DNA from: Oceanispirochaeta sp.
GTDB taxonomy: Bacteria; Spirochaetota; Spirochaetia; DSM-2461
Reading direction: 5' to 3'
Length of the DNA stretch: 64,000 bases
NCBI GenBank assembly: GCA_963666275.2
Contig: CAXXOA010000001.1
Location: 1,312,001-1,376,000, forward strand
Below, one piece after another: positions 58,359 through 64,000 of this stretch. The notes below the pieces were generated by a model. That model did not search any database. It saw only the letters and a program-made list of their open reading frames with translations, and was not told the origin of the DNA. The translations under genes were made by a program, and so were the position numbers. Position 1 is the first letter of the stretch; every line of letters starts with the position of its first letter.

Positions 58359-59150
58359 ATGAGTCAGAAGAAAGGAACCATACTCTATTTTTCCCACGGA
58401 GGAGGACCTCTGCCCATTCTGGGAGATCCGGGGCATAAAGCCATGGTCGAGTTCATGAAAAAACTTCCCGGATCGCTGGATAAACCTGATTCGGTCCTCG
58501 TTATCAGTGCCCATTGGGAGGAGCAGAACCCCACAGTCATGACCCATCCCTCTCCCTCTCTTTTCTATGACTATTACGGATTTCCCGATGAAGCCTACAC
58601 CCTGGAATATCCTGCTCCGGGCCATCCGGAACTGGCGGATAAAGTGTCAGCCCTGCTTGAAAAAGCGGGTTTCTCCGCAGGGAAAGATCCGGAACGGGGG
58701 TTTGATCACGGTCTGTTCATTCCCATGAAAATGATGTATCCCTCTGCGGATATCCCCATGACCCAGCTCTCACTGAAAAGAGGTCTGGATCCTGAAGAGC
58801 ATATTGCCCTGGGAAAAGCTCTTTCTCCTCTGCTTCAGGAGAATATTCTCATCGTTGGTTCGGGATTCTCCTTTCATAATATGCAGGCTTTTTTCAGATC
58901 CTCAGGGAAAGATCCAGCCAATGATACGTTTCAGGACTGGCTTGTGGATGTCTGTACAGGCTCCTACAGCGCGGAAGAACGGAATCAGCATCTCATATCC
59001 TGGGAAGACGCTCCCAATGCCCGTTACTGCCATCCCCGGGAGGAGCATCTGCTCCCCCTCATGACCTGTCAGGGGGCGGCCGGGACCGGAGCGGAGCTTG
59101 TATTTGACGATCTGATATTCGGCAAACGGGCTGTCGCGTTCAAGTGGTAG
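58359..59150 (+). CDS. DODA/LigB-type extradiol dioxygenase (YgiD-like)
   Basis: SHGGGP, ISAHW, RGFDHG, GSGFSFHN, HPREEHLLPL. Confidence 0.9.
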   Translation: MSQKKGTILYFSHGGGPLPILGDPGHKAMVEFMKKLPGSLDKPDSVLVISAHWEEQNPTVMTHPSPSLFYDYYGFPDEAYTLEYPAPGHPELADKVSALLEKAGFSAGKDPERGFDHGLFIPMKMMYPSADIPMTQLSLKRGLDPEEHIALGKALSPLLQENILIVGSGFSFHNMQAFFRSSGKDPANDTFQDWLVDVCTGSYSAEERNQHLISWEDAPNARYCHPREEHLLPLMTCQGAAGTGAELVFDDLIFGKRAVAFKW

Positions 59151-59172
59151 AATCTTGAACAGCAAAAATATC

Positions 59173-59221
59173 TGCATAAATATGCAATTTTATTGACATA
59201 AAATTACAGCAATTCTATTAT
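59173..59221 (+). promoter_or_regulatory. Sigma70 promoter of putP with an upstream palindrome
   Basis: TTGACA (59193-59198)-17 bp-TATTAT (59216-59221); TGCATAAATATGCA at 59173-59186. Confidence 0.65.
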
Positions 59222-59283
59222 TTTACTCTGAGCAATTATTTTAATTGATCAATATATAAATATTTACAACAAAGAGGTAAAAA

Positions 59284-60744
59284 ATGATCCTGTATGTTCA
59301 ATTTGGTTTATACCTGGTCCTCATGCTGGTAATCGGTTTTTATTCCATGAGAAAAACCAATACCAATGAAGACTTTATTATCGGAGGGAGGACCCTGGGG
59401 CCCTTTACTTCCGCTATCTCCGCCGGTGCGTCGGATATGTCCAGCTGGCTCCTTCTGGGGCTTCCCGGTGCAGTATTTGCCAGCGGTCTGGTCGAGGGAG
59501 TCTGGATCTCTGTGGGACTTTCTGTGGGTGCGTATTTCAACTGGCTCATCGTAGCGGGAAGACTCCGTTCCATGACGGAAAAGCTGGATGCCGTGACTCT
59601 TCCTTCCTTTATTGCCAGACGGTTTGATGATGAGACTCATGTTCTGAAAATCGTCTCCACCCTTGTTATCCTTTTCTTTTTTACACTCTATGTTGCTTCG
59701 GGACTCAAGGGAGGAACCCTCCTTTTTGCCCATACCTTCGGTGCCTCTGAAAAGGCAGCTCTTATCATAACAACCCTGGTTGTCGTTTCCTATACTTTTC
59801 TGGGCGGCTATATGGCTGCCTGCTGGACCGACCTGATTCAGGGGCTCCTTATGCTGGCCGCCCTTGTTTTCTGTGCTCTCCTGGGATTTTTCGCCATTGC
59901 CGGAAAGGGAGCGGATATTACTGCCGTCAATCCTGAGGCATTCCATTTTTCAACAGGCTGGATCACCGCTGTCTCTCTGATGGCCTGGGGATTCGGATAT
60001 TTCGGTCAGCCCCACATCCTGGCAAGATTCATCGGTATCAAAGATGTCAAATCTGTAAAAAGCGCCAGACGGATCGGTATTACCTGGATGGTAATCAGTC
60101 TGATTCTGGCAACGGCTATCGGTATTATCGGAATCGGATTCAACGTTCTTCAACCTCTGGAAGGAGTCGCAGGCCCCGACGGAAACAGTGAAAGAATCTT
60201 TCTGGCTCTTACAACCACACTGTTTCATCCTGTATTCGGCGGTTTTGTTCTGGCAGCTGTTCTGGCTGCGGTTATGTCCACAGCAGACTCTCAGCTTCTG
60301 GTTCTGACCTCCTCTCTCACCGAGGATATTCCTTTTATTGCCAGAATGGATGATAAGAAAAAAGAGTGGATAAGCAGAGCGGGAGTTCTCGGCTTTGCTC
60401 TCCTTGCCTTTCTGATCGCCATGAATGATTCAGGAACAATTCTGAATATGGTCGGATATGCCTGGGGCGGTTTCGGTGCCGCTTTCGGTCCTCTTGTGAT
60501 CCTGGCTGTTACCTGGAGAAAGACGACCAAATGGGGCGCCCTGGCCGGTATGATTGTGGGTTCTGTGACAATTTTCATCGTTAAGAACTATATCAGCATA
60601 GAAGGGGAGTACTTCTATGAACTCCTTCCCGGATTCATCCTGTCTCTGATTGCAACTATTGTGGTCAGTCTTCTGACAAAGGTTCCTTCCGAGGAAACTC
60701 TGAAAACATTTGATGATGTTCAGGATCTTGTAAAAACAGTCTGA
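59284..60744 (+). CDS. putP: Sodium/proline symporter
   Basis: SAGASDMSSWLLLGLPG, WTDLIQG, GYFGQPHILARF, MSTADSQLL, YAWGGFGAAFGP, YELLPGF. Confidence 0.9.
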   Translation: MILYVQFGLYLVLMLVIGFYSMRKTNTNEDFIIGGRTLGPFTSAISAGASDMSSWLLLGLPGAVFASGLVEGVWISVGLSVGAYFNWLIVAGRLRSMTEKLDAVTLPSFIARRFDDETHVLKIVSTLVILFFFTLYVASGLKGGTLLFAHTFGASEKAALIITTLVVVSYTFLGGYMAACWTDLIQGLLMLAALVFCALLGFFAIAGKGADITAVNPEAFHFSTGWITAVSLMAWGFGYFGQPHILARFIGIKDVKSVKSARRIGITWMVISLILATAIGIIGIGFNVLQPLEGVAGPDGNSERIFLALTTTLFHPVFGGFVLAAVLAAVMSTADSQLLVLTSSLTEDIPFIARMDDKKKEWISRAGVLGFALLAFLIAMNDSGTILNMVGYAWGGFGAAFGPLVILAVTWRKTTKWGALAGMIVGSVTIFIVKNYISIEGEYFYELLPGFILSLIATIVVSLLTKVPSEETLKTFDDVQDLVKTV

Positions 60745-60758
60745 TTGACAAATGATAA

Positions 60759-60795
60759 TAAAAAGAAGGAAACCTCTCATGGTTTCCTTTTTTTT
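60759..60795 (+). terminator. Rho-independent terminator after putP
   Basis: AAGGAAACC-TCTCAT-GGTTTCCTT hairpin followed by a T-run. Confidence 0.8.
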
Positions 60796-60809
60796 ATCCA
60801 GAGATTTTC

Positions 60810-60929
60810 TCAGACTTTGAACTTTTCCGTATCTTCATGAATTTTTCTGAAGCCGTCCAGGAAGTTGTGATTCATCTCTGTGATAGACTCCATCGCTTTG
60901 AGGATTTCATCCGTACCGGCTGATACTCC
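60810..60929 (-). pseudogene. Short remnant of an MCP C-terminus
   Basis: Manual translation GVSAGTDEILKAMESITEMNHNFLDGFRKIHEDTEKFKV*; no start, preceded by an in-frame TAA. Confidence 0.55.
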
Positions 60930-61031
60930 TTATAGCCTCTCAAGGGGATGCTTTCTAAAGGACCGGCAGAGACGCTGTTTTTATAAAAATGAATTGAGTT
61001 TCATGAAGAAGCCGGATCGGGGCGAATGCTC

Positions 61032-62456
61032 CTAACCGCGGCAGCAGCGGTTCCGTCCGCTTCTTTTGGCCTCATAGAGGCCTTTATCCGCCCTTGTAAG
61101 AAGGCGGCTGATCCTCTCTCCAGGGGCGGGAATGCAGCAGTGAATCCCGAAACTGGCTGTAATGGACTCGCCTGTTTCGGGATGTACTGTTGTCTCCAGC
61201 CTGGTCCGGACCCTTTCGGCGGCTTTGAGGGCATCAGAGTATTCGGTATCCGGCATTATCAGGACAAACTCTTCTCCGCCGTAACGGGCCAGAAGATCTA
61301 TGGAGCGGATCTCTCTGGAGCAGATATCGGCGACCCTTCGGAGTATCCTGTCTCCTACGGGGTGACCGAAGCGGTCGTTGACTATCTTGAAATGATCAAT
61401 ATCCAGAATGATAACAGCAAGTTCCCTTTTCGACCGGATTGCCGCTTCCAGAAGTATCCGTCCCTCCATCTGGAACCGGTGCCGGTTGCCAATCCCTGTA
61501 AGGGCATCCTTCATGGCCATTTTAAATGCTTTTTCATGGAGCATGGCATTTTCCAGAGCGATGGAAATGTGGTTTCCTATGGTCCCGGCCAGCTCCAGAT
61601 GATGCCTGGTAAAGGCATTTTTATCATATCCGTCCAGAGCAAGAAGACCCAGGATCTCTCCATGGCTGATAAGGGGGATACCTATCCAGGATTGGATTTT
61701 CTCCCCGTTGGCAGGCTGAATGAAGGAAGGAAAATCCTTTTCTATATCACTGGAGCGGATCGGCTTCTGTTCTTCCAGGGCTTTTGTGCTCAAACTCCCT
61801 TCCTGAGGATAGGGAAAGGTTAAACTGCAAATATCGCTGTTGTCAGGAAAGCCGGCTGCTCCGGAGACTTTCAGGGTATTCCCTCTGAGAAGCTGAACCG
61901 TTCCGGTCCGGTAGGGGATGATCCTGCTGGTTTCCTGCAGAATCCTGTCCACAGTTTCTTCCACATCAAGAGAGGAGCTGATAATGGAGGATATCTGTCG
62001 GATTGTCTCCACCTCGTTAAATCGCTCCTGTTCTTTTTTTATGCTCTGACGCAGGTTCTCTTCAGTCTCCTTCAGATCTGAGATATCCGAGTCGGAGCCA
62101 ATAAACAGGATCGGTTTGCCCTCTGTATCGGAAAAGACAGTTTTTCCGTAGGAGTGAATCCAGCGGGACTCCCCATCCGGTTTTTCTATACGGTAGATTT
62201 CGTGCAGAACAGAGTCTTTTCCCTCTGAAATCTCTATCAGTTTTTTTCGGATTTTATCCCGGTCATCAGGATGAATGTACTGAAGAAAACCCTTTTCAGG
62301 TTGGTTAATGTCGAACTTGTCGGGCATCTTATCCCATATGATGCTGCTCAGAGTTTCCCCTGTCACATAATTGCTTATATAAATTCCGATATCGGAAAGA
62401 GCTTTCAGAATTTTTTTGTCCTGGATGGAAACGTTGCCAAATAATTTGTCAGACAT
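61032..62456 (-). CDS. PAS-GAF-GGDEF diguanylate cyclase
   Basis: IHPDDR (PAS_3), SWIGIPL (GAF), DIDHFK.VND.FGH..GD, RSID I-site, GGEEF. Confidence 0.92.
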   Translation of the reverse strand: MSDKLFGNVSIQDKKILKALSDIGIYISNYVTGETLSSIIWDKMPDKFDINQPEKGFLQYIHPDDRDKIRKKLIEISEGKDSVLHEIYRIEKPDGESRWIHSYGKTVFSDTEGKPILFIGSDSDISDLKETEENLRQSIKKEQERFNEVETIRQISSIISSSLDVEETVDRILQETSRIIPYRTGTVQLLRGNTLKVSGAAGFPDNSDICSLTFPYPQEGSLSTKALEEQKPIRSSDIEKDFPSFIQPANGEKIQSWIGIPLISHGEILGLLALDGYDKNAFTRHHLELAGTIGNHISIALENAMLHEKAFKMAMKDALTGIGNRHRFQMEGRILLEAAIRSKRELAVIILDIDHFKIVNDRFGHPVGDRILRRVADICSREIRSIDLLARYGGEEFVLIMPDTEYSDALKAAERVRTRLETTVHPETGESITASFGIHCCIPAPGERISRLLTRADKGLYEAKRSGRNRCCRG

Positions 62457-62539
62457 TTATTATTACCTGTTGTTTCCTATCATACAGGTCATTGGCGGAT
62501 TTAACAATAATTATTCTGTATTCAGATTGAAAGGTTATA

Positions 62540-62577
62540 TAAAAAAACAGCCGGATCAACCAACGGAAGATCCGGCC
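62540..62577 (-). terminator. Rho-independent terminator after the gltA-like gene
   Basis: GCCGGATC-N11-GATCCGGC hairpin with an A7 run on its left (U-tract on the minus strand). Confidence 0.7.
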
Positions 62578-62628
62578 CAAATCAATAATTTTATATAGAA
62601 GTTCCCAATGAATACCGGTAACTGCTAT

Positions 62629-64000
62629 TTATATCTTTGAAAGGTACTCATCAATACCTTTTGCGGCAACTCGCCCGTCACCCATGGCAAGGATCACTGT
62701 GGCGGCTCCCTGAACAATATCTCCCCCGGCAAAAACACCCGGTATGGATGTCATTCCTCTGTCATTAACAAGTATATTACCCCACTTATTAATTGCAAGG
62801 TCAGGCGTTGTTCCCGTAACCAGGGGATTGGAGCTGTTGCCCAGTGCGGTAATGCAGGTATCAATCTCCATGACAAACTCGCTGCCTTTCACTGGTTCCG
62901 GACGGGCCCTTCCCGAATCATCCTGTTCTCCCAGCTTATATTTCAGGCATTCTATCCCTTTCACACAGCCTTTTTCATCTCCCAGAATGCGAACAGGATT
63001 GGTAAGCTCATCAAAAATGATCCCTTCCTCTTTGGCATGATGGATCTCCTCGGCTCTGGCGGGCATCTCTTTTTCGGTCCTTCTGTAGACAATATGAACC
63101 TCTTCCGCACCAAGCCTCAGGGCTGTCCGGGCCGCATCCATCGCCACATTGCCTCCGCCGAAAACAGCCACTTTCCGGGAGTGATAGATGGGGGTCATCG
63201 CATTGCCCCTGTCGTAGGCTTTCATGAGATTGGCTCTGGTCAGGTACTCATTGGCTGAGAACACACCCACCAGGTTTTCCCCTTCAATATTCATAAACTT
63301 GGGGAGTCCCGCGCCGTTGGCCACATAGACAGCATGAAACCCCTGTTTTTCCATCAGTTCTTTAATCGTTGCCGTCCGTCCGATCAGGTAATCATAGACG
63401 AATTTTACACCCATCTTTTCAAGCTTTTCCACTTCGAGCTGAACGATGGACTTGGGCAGTCTGAATTCGGGGATTCCGTATACAGTCACGCCTCCGGCTT
63501 TATGAAAGGCTTCAAATATGGTCACGTCATGACCCATTCTGGCCAGATCCGCCGCCGTGGTCAGACCGGAAGGCCCGCTTCCCACAATAGCGACTTTCTT
63601 ACCTGTAGCGGGTTTTTTATCCACAGTGCTGACAGAGTTGGTTCCTCTGTCCGCCAGAAATCTTTCCAGACGGCCGATGGCTACGGACTGCATGGGATCT
63701 TTCTTTATTTTTCCCACAGTACACTGTTCCATGCACTGCTTCTCCTGGGGACAGACCCTTCCGCAGATAGCCGGAAGCATGCTGCTCTCCTGAATGATTC
63801 CCAGAGCTTCGTCGAACTTGCCTCTGGCAGTTGCACAGACAAAAGCCGGAATATCTATATTGACAGGGCAACCTTTGACACAGGGGGCATTTTTACATTC
63901 CAGACAGCGGCTGGCCTCCAGAATCGCCTGTCCTTCCGAGTAGCCGAGGGCTACTTCGCTCATATTCCTGCCCCGGGCAACAGGGTCCTGGGCCGGCATC
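62629..64000 (-). CDS. gltA: NADPH-dependent glutamate synthase beta-like / NfnB (SudA) oxidoreductase; 5' end probably beyond the window
   Basis: RCLEC...CVKGCPV, CGRVCPQEKQC, GSGPSG, YGIPEFRLPK, GGGNVAMDAAR, FAGGDIV.GAATVILAM. Confidence 0.88.
   Translation of the reverse strand, partial: MPAQDPVARGRNMSEVALGYSEGQAILEASRCLECKNAPCVKGCPVNIDIPAFVCATARGKFDEALGIIQESSMLPAICGRVCPQEKQCMEQCTVGKIKKDPMQSVAIGRLERFLADRGTNSVSTVDKKPATGKKVAIVGSGPSGLTTAADLARMGHDVTIFEAFHKAGGVTVYGIPEFRLPKSIVQLEVEKLEKMGVKFVYDYLIGRTATIKELMEKQGFHAVYVANGAGLPKFMNIEGENLVGVFSANEYLTRANLMKAYDRGNAMTPIYHSRKVAVFGGGNVAMDAARTALRLGAEEVHIVYRRTEKEMPARAEEIHHAKEEGIIFDELTNPVRILGDEKGCVKGIECLKYKLGEQDDSGRARPEPVKGSEFVMEIDTCITALGNSSNPLVTGTTPDLAINKWGNILVNDRGMTSIPGVFAGGDIVQGAATVILAMGDGRVAAKGIDEYLSKI

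Overview
A 64 kb bacterial chromosomal window, probably from a free-living spirochaete (inferred from Spirochaetales-style '...LFAAGQGD / ...TAGGKKEE' solute-binding protein leaders and from CheX). In order it contains: (1) a MalT-like LuxR regulator running off the left edge; (2) a complete type I Wadjet (jetABCD) anti-plasmid system between two diverged copies of an outer-membrane protein gene, the second copy 5'-deleted and split by an intact IS66 (17-bp perfect IRs, 8-bp TSD); (3) a YesMN-type two-component system with a catalytically degenerate ABC ATPase/permease pair followed by a canonical sugar ABC transporter; (4) an operon behind a consensus sigma54 promoter encoding CheY-like, CheX, an ammonium transporter fused to HAMP-like/PAS/HPt/CheA-type kinase domains, and a CBS-PP2C phosphatase, which is the best candidate for an undescribed system; (5) a patchwork of small accessory genes with a REP-associated tyrosine transposase and 12 nearby copies of a GGGACGGAGG motif; (6) a Moco/Tuco riboswitch ahead of tupABC-moeA-moaA-moaC-MOSC-mog; (7) a LacI-controlled sugar ABC/FAD-oxidoreductase operon; (8) an uncharacterised Cys-rich + S1-domain gene pair, putP, a diguanylate cyclase and a partial GltA/NfnB-type oxidoreductase. 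No rRNA, tRNA or CRISPR array was seen. All family assignments come from motif recognition by eye, not database searches.
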